Origin: Candidatus Cloacimonadales bacterium
GTDB taxonomy: Bacteria > Cloacimonadota > Cloacimonadia > Cloacimonadales > JAFGVF01
Direction: 5' to 3'
Assembly: GCA_963667035.1 (NCBI GenBank)
Contig: OY762964.1
Span: forward strand, 2,016,001 to 2,080,000
Length of the DNA stretch: 64,000 bases
Position 1 is the stretch's first letter. Each line of letters starts with the position of its first letter. The position numbers and the translations under genes are program-made. Below, piece by piece: positions 28,568-39,024 of this stretch. The notes beneath the pieces are model-generated. The model was not told the origin of the DNA, made no database searches, and saw only the letters and a program-made list of their open reading frames with translations.

Positions 28568-31500
28568 ATGATTATTGATTCTCGCTATGAGGTTTTAGAA
28601 AGTCTTGGAACCGGAATCTGGGCTACAGTTTATAAAGTCAAGGATATCCGGACAGGCAACATATATGCACTTAAGTATTTCCAGCAGATATCCGCTAACG
28701 AGTTATATGAGAAGTTTACACCTGAAGATATGCACCACATTACTAAGATTGAACACCCAAATCTTATACATGTTAAGGATTTTGGTAATATTGGTGACAG
28801 GATATATTACATCTGTGAGTATTTCGAGGGAAGATCGTTAAAACATTTTCCGTTTAAAGCCAACCAGATTGACTTATTCTACGACTTAATAGTACAGGTT
28901 TGCTATGCTCTACATGCTCTACATAGTCACGGGATAACTCATAAAGACTTGAAACCGGAGAACATTCTCTATAGAGTCGATGAAAACGGAATACAAGTTA
29001 AATTAGCTGATTTCGGATTTACAAAAGTAACATTACAGGAGAAGAATCGGCATTTAACCAGCTCTTTACCTTTTATTGCTCCCGAAGTATTTCTGGGAGA
29101 ACAAGCAAATAAAAGCAGTGACTACTATTCACTCGGAGTTATTCTTTACTGGTTGACTACCGGGTCATATCCGTTCTCAATTGATACTATCACCTCATTA
29201 ATATCAGGAAAACAACAGCATTTCTTCCCAAAGTCCGCTAGGGAACTAAATTCGGGACTCTCCTTGGAAATAGAAAAAATGCTTTTAAAGTTCTTAAGCA
29301 AGAACCCCGAAGAGCGTTTCAATCGTGCAGGGCAAGTAATTAAGTACATTAACAGCATTCAGTTAAAGCAATATCCGTTCTCAAGAGAATGGAGTATTGT
29401 AAATAACCTAAGATTCAATAGTTACATCGTAAGAGACAACTATAGCCACATGCTAACCGGTTATCTACCCAGTATTAGAGAGGGAAACGGTAAAACCGTT
29501 TCCATCATTGGAAATGCTGGTTTGGGTAAAAATAACCTGTTATCTCTATTTAAGTACCATCTGTTAAATGGAAGCGTCTATCTGTTTGACTATGCATGTG
29601 GACCGAAAACATTACATCCTTTCTATGCTCTGATAAAAGAGTTCCATGAATTTAAAGCTATGAGTGATAAAGAGTTCACTCGAGATCTCGCTAACATATC
29701 ACCTAACTTTTCAGAATACTTGTATAAATCAAAAGAGACTGTTACTTCAATCTATAAAAGTCCGGATGAATTAAAATCGGATTTCCAATCGGCAAAGAAC
29801 TATGTTGTACATCTTTCCGAAGAGAAACCGTTAGTTTTTATTATCCGAAACTGTCAGTATTTAACTAAACAGTCGATTGATTTTATAAACTACCTGTCTT
29901 TTGAGATTAGAGAACAGAAGATTCTTCTTGTTCTTAGCTTCAGTGACTTCACAAAAGTTCCTCTTCTTAAAAATGGAGCTCTTATTAAGGTACAACCTCT
30001 GTCAATTAATGAGACAAGAGAGTATATTCAAAAGCTAGTAGAAGTACAGCCTCCGATGGAATTTGTTGAGGAGTTATGGAACAGATGTGCCGGTAATCCC
30101 GGAATGATACGTGATTTGATGATAGCTCTTGCAAAAGAGGGTCATATTCTGAAGAATGGCAAGTTTAAGTTTGATTACGATGTCTCAAATTATAAGATGA
30201 AGAGTAATCTTCTAATCCAGATTCACAATAGGCTGATACACATGAAGCCGGATAATCTTGAACTTCTTAAAGCAATTGCATGTATTGAAACTCCGTTAAC
30301 AAATGAATTACTCACTTTTGTTCTTGGTCTGGATGAGAAGCAAGTATTCTTCCTTATTAACGATGCTGTAAACAACGATATTCTTATCAAAGTTAATGAA
30401 AGCTATAGGTTCACTTTTAAAGAAGCTAAGACCAGATTATTAAAGAAGATTCCATTAAAGACCAGAAAAGAGATTTCTCAGAGAGTAATAGATTATTTCG
30501 AAACCATTAAGACTAATGATCCGAGAGTCTGCCTCGGAGTAATAGCAAATGCTAAAATAACAGGTGATTTACTTTGCATGAGAAAGTATCGTTTAAGATT
30601 ATATGACAGATATGACACTGAGTATGAACAAGACGATGCTTTCAAAGAAATTGTGAAAGTTCTTGAGATTGACTTTGATTTGGCGGGTAGATTACCGGAG
30701 CATTTGTTTATGTCCGACTTAAATCTATTACTAAACAAGATAACGGTTTCTGCAGATGTAAGCCAGGTCTATGATTTACTACCTCAGTTCAAGAAACTTG
30801 ATGAAATCTTTGAAAAGTACCTTGTAATCAGTATGGTATACTTCAATGCGGAAGAATATAATAAGGCCATTCAATATCTTCTAAAGGCTGATGAATTGGT
30901 TGTTACCGGCAGACAAATGGGGCTGGTAACAATTGTGCTTTCTCATGCTTATTCAAGACTTGGCAAGACAAGGGAAGCTCAAAAGCAACTGGACAGATTG
31001 AAAGGTTATGAGCTAAGCATACCTCTAAAAATATATTATGCAGACAGAAAAAGTGTACAACTAAGTAGAAGCGGTAAACCCAGAGAAGCAGTTGAACTAC
31101 TTGAAAATTGCTACATGAACCTTCCCCCTATCCATGATAATGTAGCTTTCTTCAGACTAGCTTCTTTACATAATAATCTCGGTATTTTCTATGAAGAGCT
31201 AAATGTGATGGATGAAGCCTTTGATCATTTAAGCCAAGCCAGAAGTATTTTAGAGACCTACAAGATTAAGCGACTACTCTCATTAATATATAACAACATT
31301 GGCGATATATACTTGCGACAGGGAGATATAAGCAAAGCTATTGAATTATTCAATATGGCTTTGGATAACTCTGAGAAATTAGGTAACAAAATGACGAAAA
31401 CCCAAGCTATGCTTAACTTGGGTGAGTCATATCTAAAAGCAGGTGACTTTAAATCGGCAAGCCAAGCTCTTGAAAGAGCTAAAAGCTTCTCTTTAAAGAC

Positions 31501-34045
31501 TGAGAACAAGTTGTTTTATACATCCATTATGAATAATATTGCTTTATTGAAGAGTAAGACAGCACCTCTTAAAGAGTTTACTGATTTCTTGTATTCGTTA
31601 GAACCTTCTTTAATTGAAGGGAAAATTGATGCTCTTAATCCCGCAATTAAGACATATTTCTACTATCTGGCATCTACCGGTCAAGCTGACAGAATTATGC
31701 CACTTATCAAGAATAATGCCAAAATTGATTTTAATAAGACTAAGAATGAGGAGTTTTACTATAATCTTCTTAGCATGATATTTGAAGCGGAAGGAAACTA
31801 TGTTGAAGCTGAACAGCAGTTAAACTCTGCTCTTGTTTATGTGAAAAAACAAAACAACTATTATGCAGTTACAATATTCTACTGCAATATGGCTAGAATC
31901 TTGATTAAAAGCGGTAAATTCTTAAAAGCGGAAGAGCTACTGGTACAAGTACGCTCTTATTGTAAAGAATTTGGCTTCATATATTGGGGTGTCAGAGCAG
32001 AGATGCTTGAAGCTCAATTGAATCTTGCTACTTCTGAAACTCCAATCAGAATAGTATTAAGAGATTTAAGAGTGACATATCAAAAAGCTAAAACCAATAG
32101 ATATATCTTTCTGGAACTGACAACCCTTGCCATGCTTGTGCAGATTTACTCTTCTCTACAAGCTACAAAAAATGCTAACCAGTATTTCAAGCTTATGAAG
32201 AGTAGAATTGATGTTATAACTGAAAGTTGTGATTCCGAGATTATCAACTTCTATAAAAAGCATTACTTCTACAGAAAGAAATATCTGACAGAACTCAATT
32301 TCATGGAAGTCGCACCTCGCTTACAACACGATAAAGAAAGCCTTGTTGAGCAGTTATATGATTTATTGCGTTTAAGTAATGTAACTCGTATTAAGTTCTT
32401 TGTTGAAAAAGCTTTAAAAGAGACTATTTCTCCTTCGCATTTTGCTATTTATCTCATTGATAAAAACAATGACCTGACAGCATTTATGGAGTATCAGTGT
32501 ACAGAGCTTATATCTTCATCGGTAAAAATACCTGAATATATCTATAAGAGCATTAATAACAATGCAATTACTACTGTTAACATAAAAGGAATGCATTATC
32601 TTTTTGTTCCACTGATAATCAAGTCAGCGAAAATTGGTTGCCTTGTAATAAGTGATGAAGGTGAATTGAATTATCAGAAGATTGAGCTCGAGATGATGCA
32701 AGCATTGAAGCTACATCTTACAGCAATACTAGTCAGAGTTCAAGAGTACACGGAGATGAGACAGAACCGTGATTTAATTACCAAATTGATGTATGCCTCC
32801 CAAGAGATGATGGGAATTATTGATATTACCAAGTTGAATCTGAGCCTTTTAGGTTGGTGTATTGACTTTACGGGAAGTAGTCGTGGATTTCTTTTAAAGA
32901 AGACTTACGACGGAACTCTAGAAGTTGACTTGGCTTTAGATTCAAGCAAGAAATTCCTGAGTAGCAATGAGATGGTTAGCCATGATGTGATAGCGGAAGT
33001 GCAATCTCATAAGAAGTTCTACTATCATCACATAAACCAGAACGAGCAGAGGTTCGATTTGGATTATGATTTGGATGAATTCGTCGTGCAAACGGTTTAT
33101 GCCGCTCCGATATTAATAAAGAATAACGAGATATACGGGATTGTTTATCTGGATAACTTCCTTGATAGTAGCACTAAACTAACCGTTAATCAGGATATGA
33201 TGAAACTTCTATTCATGCAAATTTCAGCAGCTATACAGAATGCTCTGCAATATGAGAGTCTTGTGCAAAGAAACATAGCTTTAGGAAATCTGGAGAATGC
33301 TAAGGATTGTTTTGCAGGAATAGTTTCTCATGAGTTAATAACACCGTTAACCAAACTTAATAGCGAAGTAAACAGACTAAAAAATAAGCAATATCATTCC
33401 GATGAAGAGAAAGAAAAACTTCTGTTAAAAGCCGAAGAGAATATAGGACATCTTACCAGAACAACAGAAAGTATTATGACTTTACACAGATATAACACTG
33501 TTTCCACATTGAAACTGACTTCTAATAATCTTTCTGAATTCTGCAATCACATTACGGAAGAAGCTGAATTGATTTCCAAATCAAGAAAGATGATAGTGAA
33601 ATCAACTATTGAGGATAATCTACCTGATGTGTATTTTAATTGGGAAGCAATGTTTACAGCGATTATGAACATCATCAGTAACTCGGTAAGATATACAAAG
33701 GATTTTGGAACTATTGAAATTGTCATTAGAAGATCAACTTTCCAGACTGAAAAGATTAATGACCAACAATCCATTGTGTTTATCATAAGAGATAACGGTA
33801 AAGGTATGCCTCAATATGAAATTGACAGGATATTTACTAAATTTTCTGAGTTAAAAGACTTGTATTCGCATCATTCGGGAACAATTCAATACGATAGTTG
33901 TGGATTAGGATTAGGATTATCTGTAACTAAACAGATAATTGATCTTCATCATGGTAAGATATGGATAAAAAGTGAAGAGGATGAAGGGACAGTTGTGAAT
34001 ATTGCCCTTCCAATGATAAAAGAGATGAAAACAGAGGATAATTAA
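28568..34045 (+). CDS. hybrid Ser/Thr kinase - P-loop NTPase - TPR - GAF - histidine kinase
   Basis: Kinase motifs LGTGIWATVY, ALK, HKDLKPEN, DFG, APE; P-loop GNAGLGKN; TPRs (HNNLG, YNNIG); GAF-like regions; H-box SHELITPL, N-box NIISNSVRY, DNGKG and GLGL. Confidence 0.9.
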   Translation: MIIDSRYEVLESLGTGIWATVYKVKDIRTGNIYALKYFQQISANELYEKFTPEDMHHITKIEHPNLIHVKDFGNIGDRIYYICEYFEGRSLKHFPFKANQIDLFYDLIVQVCYALHALHSHGITHKDLKPENILYRVDENGIQVKLADFGFTKVTLQEKNRHLTSSLPFIAPEVFLGEQANKSSDYYSLGVILYWLTTGSYPFSIDTITSLISGKQQHFFPKSARELNSGLSLEIEKMLLKFLSKNPEERFNRAGQVIKYINSIQLKQYPFSREWSIVNNLRFNSYIVRDNYSHMLTGYLPSIREGNGKTVSIIGNAGLGKNNLLSLFKYHLLNGSVYLFDYACGPKTLHPFYALIKEFHEFKAMSDKEFTRDLANISPNFSEYLYKSKETVTSIYKSPDELKSDFQSAKNYVVHLSEEKPLVFIIRNCQYLTKQSIDFINYLSFEIREQKILLVLSFSDFTKVPLLKNGALIKVQPLSINETREYIQKLVEVQPPMEFVEELWNRCAGNPGMIRDLMIALAKEGHILKNGKFKFDYDVSNYKMKSNLLIQIHNRLIHMKPDNLELLKAIACIETPLTNELLTFVLGLDEKQVFFLINDAVNNDILIKVNESYRFTFKEAKTRLLKKIPLKTRKEISQRVIDYFETIKTNDPRVCLGVIANAKITGDLLCMRKYRLRLYDRYDTEYEQDDAFKEIVKVLEIDFDLAGRLPEHLFMSDLNLLLNKITVSADVSQVYDLLPQFKKLDEIFEKYLVISMVYFNAEEYNKAIQYLLKADELVVTGRQMGLVTIVLSHAYSRLGKTREAQKQLDRLKGYELSIPLKIYYADRKSVQLSRSGKPREAVELLENCYMNLPPIHDNVAFFRLASLHNNLGIFYEELNVMDEAFDHLSQARSILETYKIKRLLSLIYNNIGDIYLRQGDISKAIELFNMALDNSEKLGNKMTKTQAMLNLGESYLKAGDFKSASQALERAKSFSLKTENKLFYTSIMNNIALLKSKTAPLKEFTDFLYSLEPSLIEGKIDALNPAIKTYFYYLASTGQADRIMPLIKNNAKIDFNKTKNEEFYYNLLSMIFEAEGNYVEAEQQLNSALVYVKKQNNYYAVTIFYCNMARILIKSGKFLKAEELLVQVRSYCKEFGFIYWGVRAEMLEAQLNLATSETPIRIVLRDLRVTYQKAKTNRYIFLELTTLAMLVQIYSSLQATKNANQYFKLMKSRIDVITESCDSEIINFYKKHYFYRKKYLTELNFMEVAPRLQHDKESLVEQLYDLLRLSNVTRIKFFVEKALKETISPSHFAIYLIDKNNDLTAFMEYQCTELISSSVKIPEYIYKSINNNAITTVNIKGMHYLFVPLIIKSAKIGCLVISDEGELNYQKIELEMMQALKLHLTAILVRVQEYTEMRQNRDLITKLMYASQEMMGIIDITKLNLSLLGWCIDFTGSSRGFLLKKTYDGTLEVDLALDSSKKFLSSNEMVSHDVIAEVQSHKKFYYHHINQNEQRFDLDYDLDEFVVQTVYAAPILIKNNEIYGIVYLDNFLDSSTKLTVNQDMMKLLFMQISAAIQNALQYESLVQRNIALGNLENAKDCFAGIVSHELITPLTKLNSEVNRLKNKQYHSDEEKEKLLLKAEENIGHLTRTTESIMTLHRYNTVSTLKLTSNNLSEFCNHITEEAELISKSRKMIVKSTIEDNLPDVYFNWEAMFTAIMNIISNSVRYTKDFGTIEIVIRRSTFQTEKINDQQSIVFIIRDNGKGMPQYEIDRIFTKFSELKDLYSHHSGTIQYDSCGLGLGLSVTKQIIDLHHGKIWIKSEEDEGTVVNIALPMIKEMKTEDN

Positions 34046-36918
34046 TGTCTAGAAAAGTAACAATAATTCTAATTACTTTTGTTTTGTTGTTTTCGGTATT
34101 ATTCGGAACAGATAGTGAAGACTTTAAATTTATATATGGCTTATTCTCAGACAGCAATTACTCGATTGCTAAATCAGAGATAAACAGATTCGAAAACAAT
34201 TACCCTGACTCGGAGTATTACCCTGTGGTCAGATTGATATTTGGTGACATTCTTTTTGCAGAGAAGAACTATTCGGAAGCTGATAAAGTATACAAAAGTA
34301 TCTACGAGAAAGCCCCTGTTGAGCAGTTAAGGGGTGAAGCCGTTGTTAAACAGATTCAATGCTTGTATCACTTAAACAAATACGGTGAATTGAAAAAACT
34401 TAGAGATTATTTTGTTAAGACTTTCCCCAATAGAGATGATAGATGGATGGCTTATTATTGGAATGCAAAAGCATTTCTGAACGAAAATAAGATTTCTGAT
34501 GCTTATAGTGAAATCCTACTTGCTGAGAAGATTATTTCCAATGCGGATATACAAAGTGCCAAAGTGCAAATTATGATTCCCAGAGGACAAGATGATGAGA
34601 CTTCGGAAGAAGTTGAGGAGATGCTTAGTAAGTATCCCAAACATCCAGGTACTGATTATGCGTATGTAAAATGGTTTGATTACAATTATCAAAATAAGAA
34701 CTTCAAACCAATCTTGGAAAGACACTATCGCTTAAGAAATGATTCGCGTTACTATAATGACTATTTGTTAATTTTAGCCCAATCATACTATGAGTTAGAG
34801 GATTATACCACTGCTCTTGATGTATTGCAAAGAATGGATAAGTATATTGATAAGAAAAGCTTCTATCAAGGGCTATCATACGAAAGACTGGGAAGAGTGG
34901 AAGAAGCCAAGAACAAGTTACGCAGACTCTATGAGAACTCTGATGACCCCGAAGTTAAATATAACAGTTTCTTTAAACTTGTAGATATTATCTCTCTGGA
35001 ATCACCGGATAAAGCACTTGCTGAATTGAATAGATTCATTGCTGACCCTAAAAACAAAAACAATCTTGATTCTGCCTATTACCAAAAAGCTCAGATACAA
35101 TATCTACTGGAGCAATATCCTGATGCTATTAACAGTCTTGTCAAACTTAGTCAGTCTTCCTTGAATACAAACCTTCAGGAAAAAGCTCAATTCCTCTATG
35201 GTGATATCTATTACATGCTTGAGAGATATACAGATGCAATAGATTTCTATGAGGACTACGTAACCATTTATGAATCAGGTCTCTTTTTAAGTGAAGTATA
35301 CTTTAAACTTGGAATGTCTAATCTTGCTCTTCGTAACTGGCAAGATTCCAAGGAATGGTTTGAAAAGGTTATAAATGAGTTCCCTGAAGATTCAAAAGCA
35401 ACAACCTCTATATACTATATTGGTGAGCTGTACTTCCTTCAACATAAATATAAGCAAGCTGTTACACAGTTTACAAAAGCACTTGATAAAGGATTTGAAA
35501 CAAATGTGACTAATGAGCGAATAGCTCATGCATATTATTACTCAGGTCAATATGATAAGGCTATGACAACAATTGAGAAGATTCCTGAAATGGAGCCTTA
35601 CTTATTCGATAAGTATATGCTCGAAGGAAACATTGAATTCAATAGAGATAAGAACAACTTTGCTTTGATTTACTATCAGATTGCTAAGAAATATGTTAAA
35701 TCCAAAGAAGAAACAGAATTAGTTCTTAGTCAGACTGCTTGGACATATTACAAGATGGAGCGATATGATGAAGCGAAAGATACTTTCAGAATGCTCTCGG
35801 AAGAATCCGATACTCCTGATAAATATCTTCTTCTTTCTGCTAATGCAGCTTTCAATCATGAAGACTACCAACAGGCAATCAATGTATATGAAGAGCTCAT
35901 AAAGAAATATAAAAAGTCAAAGCTTATAGTAGAAGCTACATTAGGTATTGCAAATGCATATTATAATCTTGGTGATTATCAGAACTCTTTCTCTACATTT
36001 ACAGAACTGCTGACCGAACATAATCTGAAAAAGAATACTCAGCTTGTCATTGACGGGTTGTATTGGAACATGATTAGAGATAATGCTAATGACTATCGTG
36101 ATGATATTAAGACTATTATTAATAAAAATAGTGATGATGATGAAAATAACAGACTTCTTGCAATTCAATTGAAATGGGAGATGGATAGAAAACTTTATAA
36201 TGATGCTGTGAAAACAGGTAAAGAACTGATTGAGAATAAGAAATATTATGGTGACAATGACGAGTTAGTAATTCAATATGCAGAAGCTTTAAAGAATATT
36301 AAGGATTTCAACAGAGCTGAGAATCTCTTTACTAAAACTCTAAAGAAGCTAGAACCATCAAAGACAAATTTCCACTTGGCAGATATATATCTAGCTAAGG
36401 GAGATACAACTCTTGCCATCACTAGCCTAAGATCCATTCAAAAAGAGAAACCTGAATACTCATCAGCTATTAGACTTCTCAGAATATCTAGAATCAGTAA
36501 TAACCCCGACTTTATAACAGACTATACAAATGTTGTAGCATCGGGAGTCTCTACCGATTATGCTGAGGCTAAACTTCAATATGTTGAGTATTACATTGAT
36601 AAAAACAAAGTCTCAACTATTACTAATGAGCTTGAACAATTACTAAAACATGATAAGAAACAGATAAGAGCTAGTGCGCAATATTTAAAAGGTAAATCTC
36701 TCTACATTCAGAAGAAGTACTCTGATGCAATTCCGGAATTACTTAGAGTTAAGTATATTTATCCTGAATTCAAAGATATAGTTCTCAATGCTGAGTATTA
36801 CACTACTTTAAGCTATATCAAGTCGGGTAGAAATGAAGAAGCTACGAAGCTCCTCAAAGTCATCAAATCCGATTTACCTATTGATAAAGTAAAGTCAATT
36901 GAGAGGATGCTTAAATAG
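34045..36918 (+). CDS. large exported tetratricopeptide-repeat protein
   Basis: Signal peptide and many TPRs with YP/FP turns; TAATG coupling to the kinase gene. Confidence 0.88.
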   Translation: MSRKVTIILITFVLLFSVLFGTDSEDFKFIYGLFSDSNYSIAKSEINRFENNYPDSEYYPVVRLIFGDILFAEKNYSEADKVYKSIYEKAPVEQLRGEAVVKQIQCLYHLNKYGELKKLRDYFVKTFPNRDDRWMAYYWNAKAFLNENKISDAYSEILLAEKIISNADIQSAKVQIMIPRGQDDETSEEVEEMLSKYPKHPGTDYAYVKWFDYNYQNKNFKPILERHYRLRNDSRYYNDYLLILAQSYYELEDYTTALDVLQRMDKYIDKKSFYQGLSYERLGRVEEAKNKLRRLYENSDDPEVKYNSFFKLVDIISLESPDKALAELNRFIADPKNKNNLDSAYYQKAQIQYLLEQYPDAINSLVKLSQSSLNTNLQEKAQFLYGDIYYMLERYTDAIDFYEDYVTIYESGLFLSEVYFKLGMSNLALRNWQDSKEWFEKVINEFPEDSKATTSIYYIGELYFLQHKYKQAVTQFTKALDKGFETNVTNERIAHAYYYSGQYDKAMTTIEKIPEMEPYLFDKYMLEGNIEFNRDKNNFALIYYQIAKKYVKSKEETELVLSQTAWTYYKMERYDEAKDTFRMLSEESDTPDKYLLLSANAAFNHEDYQQAINVYEELIKKYKKSKLIVEATLGIANAYYNLGDYQNSFSTFTELLTEHNLKKNTQLVIDGLYWNMIRDNANDYRDDIKTIINKNSDDDENNRLLAIQLKWEMDRKLYNDAVKTGKELIENKKYYGDNDELVIQYAEALKNIKDFNRAENLFTKTLKKLEPSKTNFHLADIYLAKGDTTLAITSLRSIQKEKPEYSSAIRLLRISRISNNPDFITDYTNVVASGVSTDYAEAKLQYVEYYIDKNKVSTITNELEQLLKHDKKQIRASAQYLKGKSLYIQKKYSDAIPELLRVKYIYPEFKDIVLNAEYYTTLSYIKSGRNEEATKLLKVIKSDLPIDKVKSIERMLK

Positions 36919-38370
36919 ATGAAGAAGTTTATAACAACCTTTTTTGTTCTCTTTCTCATCTCATTGTCTGCTCAGTCAGGCGACATCAGCTTACAGGATG
37001 TAAAAATAGAAGGTAATGACAATAAATCAGCAGACTTTCATCTTGTTAAAAGAGATTTAAGCAAGTATGAATTCATAGAGAATCCTCTCGATACGCGATA
37101 CAAGTACTTTGCCCCTGTAAATACATTTTCAACAATTAAGGATAGTGTTAAGGAGCATGAGTCATATACAGAGTTCGAAGCAGGTACAAAAGGCAATATA
37201 TACTTTAAGACTGCTTATAGAGACGGTGATAAAAAACTCTTGAGATTTAATGCAGGATACAATACTAAAAAGTATTCTTCCGATTGGCATATTTCAGCAA
37301 TGGAGTTCAATTGGACACCTTTTGTGCTAAACTCAGAATACTCTATAGAAGCTTTTGAAGATAAGTATAAATTACATAACATTGATAATAACTATAGCGG
37401 ATTTAATGTATATGGAGACTTCAGTAGACTATTAGCTTTAGATAGATTAACCGGACTGTATTGTAAGGTTGAATTGGGAAACTATGATTCGGATAATTCT
37501 AAATCATTAGCATCTGCTACGATTTCATCTAACTATGCAATAAATGATGTGAATAAGCTATCCTTAGACCTAACTGTGAAGAATGATTATTTTCATTTCA
37601 ATGCATCGGATAGAATAAGCATCAAGAAGTCAGAAATATCAGTCATGCTACAAGGAGATAACGATCTTATCTTCCCGACAGTGGGATGGGAGTTACCTTT
37701 AGTTGACTCGTCTATTGGAGTTCTGAGCTTTAATAACAGACCAACTACTCTAACTCTGGATTATAGAGATAATCTGGCAAACTATCACTATTTGGATATT
37801 AGTAGAAAGATAAAGTCTCAATTCTCACCAATCAATGCCTCACTAGTTTATGGAAGCAGTCGGATAATTCCTTTTAATGTAAGTCTATTCCACAAGTATC
37901 TTCTTAACTATGGTTATATTAGTCTTTATGATTACACAAACTTTAACTATAAAGATATTCAGATATCGGGTATAGCAGTAAATCTTTCTTATAATTCAAA
38001 GCATTTCAATGTAGCAAATGATTCGGTGATCCGTTATTTTGACCATCAAGATATAAAGTTAAATAGTTTAAGCAATTACAAACAAGTCCCCTATCTCAGT
38101 TCTTTTGAGAACAAAACGACTCTAGATATTGTTATTGACAAATTTCTTTTTAATACTCTAATTGTTTATAAGAATAGTCGATACAGTCATTTAAATGAGA
38201 AGCTGGATCCTATGTATAGATTAGATTGTAAATTAGAGTATAGATTAAAAAGAGAGTATTCGTTCTATCTTCTATGTGAAAACATCGTCAAGGAAGGAGC
38301 AATTGTTTACTCAAATTATGAAGAAGAACCATTTAACTTAGGAATTGGATTGAAAATATCTTTACGATAG
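36919..38370 (+). CDS. putative outer-membrane beta-barrel protein
   Basis: Signal peptide, alternating aromatic/hydrophobic strands, and TonB-receptor-like terminus (LLCENI...FNLGIGLKISLR). Confidence 0.6.
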   Translation: MKKFITTFFVLFLISLSAQSGDISLQDVKIEGNDNKSADFHLVKRDLSKYEFIENPLDTRYKYFAPVNTFSTIKDSVKEHESYTEFEAGTKGNIYFKTAYRDGDKKLLRFNAGYNTKKYSSDWHISAMEFNWTPFVLNSEYSIEAFEDKYKLHNIDNNYSGFNVYGDFSRLLALDRLTGLYCKVELGNYDSDNSKSLASATISSNYAINDVNKLSLDLTVKNDYFHFNASDRISIKKSEISVMLQGDNDLIFPTVGWELPLVDSSIGVLSFNNRPTTLTLDYRDNLANYHYLDISRKIKSQFSPINASLVYGSSRIIPFNVSLFHKYLLNYGYISLYDYTNFNYKDIQISGIAVNLSYNSKHFNVANDSVIRYFDHQDIKLNSLSNYKQVPYLSSFENKTTLDIVIDKFLFNTLIVYKNSRYSHLNEKLDPMYRLDCKLEYRLKREYSFYLLCENIVKEGAIVYSNYEEEPFNLGIGLKISLR

Positions 38371-38374
38371 AATT

Positions 38375-38785
38375 ATGAGAGAAATATTAAAAAAGCTTGT
38401 CCTGTTAATCAGAGAAGACTCTATCAGAAAAATGGCTCATGCTACTGCACTTATTATTATTACATCAGGAATGATATGGCTTACATATATTCTTTTAATT
38501 GATAATAATGAGAAGAATCTTAACGAACCCATCGCTGAAGATATTGATGATTATCAGGCTAAATATACTGCAGACCAGTCAAGCTTTGACCCTGAGATTC
38601 TTGAAGCGAATCGTAAAGCATGGACATCTAGTTATAATAAACATACTACTACCAGATTCAGGGATTTCGTCTACACTATATTCTTCCATCCTGCGATAGT
38701 ATTCTTCTTTGCAATTATTGTGAATGTTATTGTTCTTGGAAGTATTGTTGTTTATTTCATTACCAAGCATAAAGCAGAGCCATAA
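38375..38785 (+). CDS. hypothetical membrane protein (2 TM)
   Basis: Starts 4 bp after the previous stop; two hydrophobic segments. Confidence 0.7.
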   Translation: MREILKKLVLLIREDSIRKMAHATALIIITSGMIWLTYILLIDNNEKNLNEPIAEDIDDYQAKYTADQSSFDPEILEANRKAWTSSYNKHTTTRFRDFVYTIFFHPAIVFFFAIIVNVIVLGSIVVYFITKHKAEP

Positions 38786-38895
38786 AGCAACTGACTGTAT
38801 TCTTAACAGTTAAATTGTTTTTTAGAAATAAATGTCCATTTTTGCTTGACAACAATAGTGACCTGAAATTTATTCCAATCACTGTTCAACGACAG

Positions 38896-38971
38896 GGCGA
38901 GATAGCTCAGCAGGTAGAGCAGAGGCCTGAAAAGCCTTGTGTCCCCAGTTCAACTCTGGGTCTCGCCACCA
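38896..38971 (+). tRNA. tRNA-Phe (GAA)
   Basis: Acceptor stem GGCGAGA/TCTCGCC, anticodon loop CTGAAAA, T-loop TTCAACT, encoded CCA; 76 nt. Confidence 0.96.
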
Positions 38972-38977
38972 GTTTTC

Positions 38978-39000
38978 CCCGACTCAGGTCGGGTTTTTTT
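38978..39000 (+). terminator. tRNA terminator
   Basis: CCCGACtcagGTCGGG followed by T7. Confidence 0.85.
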
Positions 39001-39024
39001 ATTTATACCATATTTGAGGTTCTT

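Noticed and set aside
28568..34045. Avs-type antiphage STAND system
   Set aside because: No nuclease, SIR2 or TIR effector and no defence-island context; the C-terminal GAF-His kinase points to signalling.
38815..39024. N-terminal extension of the FAD oxidoreductase ORF
   Set aside because: It overlaps tRNA-Phe and its terminator; the RBS supports ATG at 39025.
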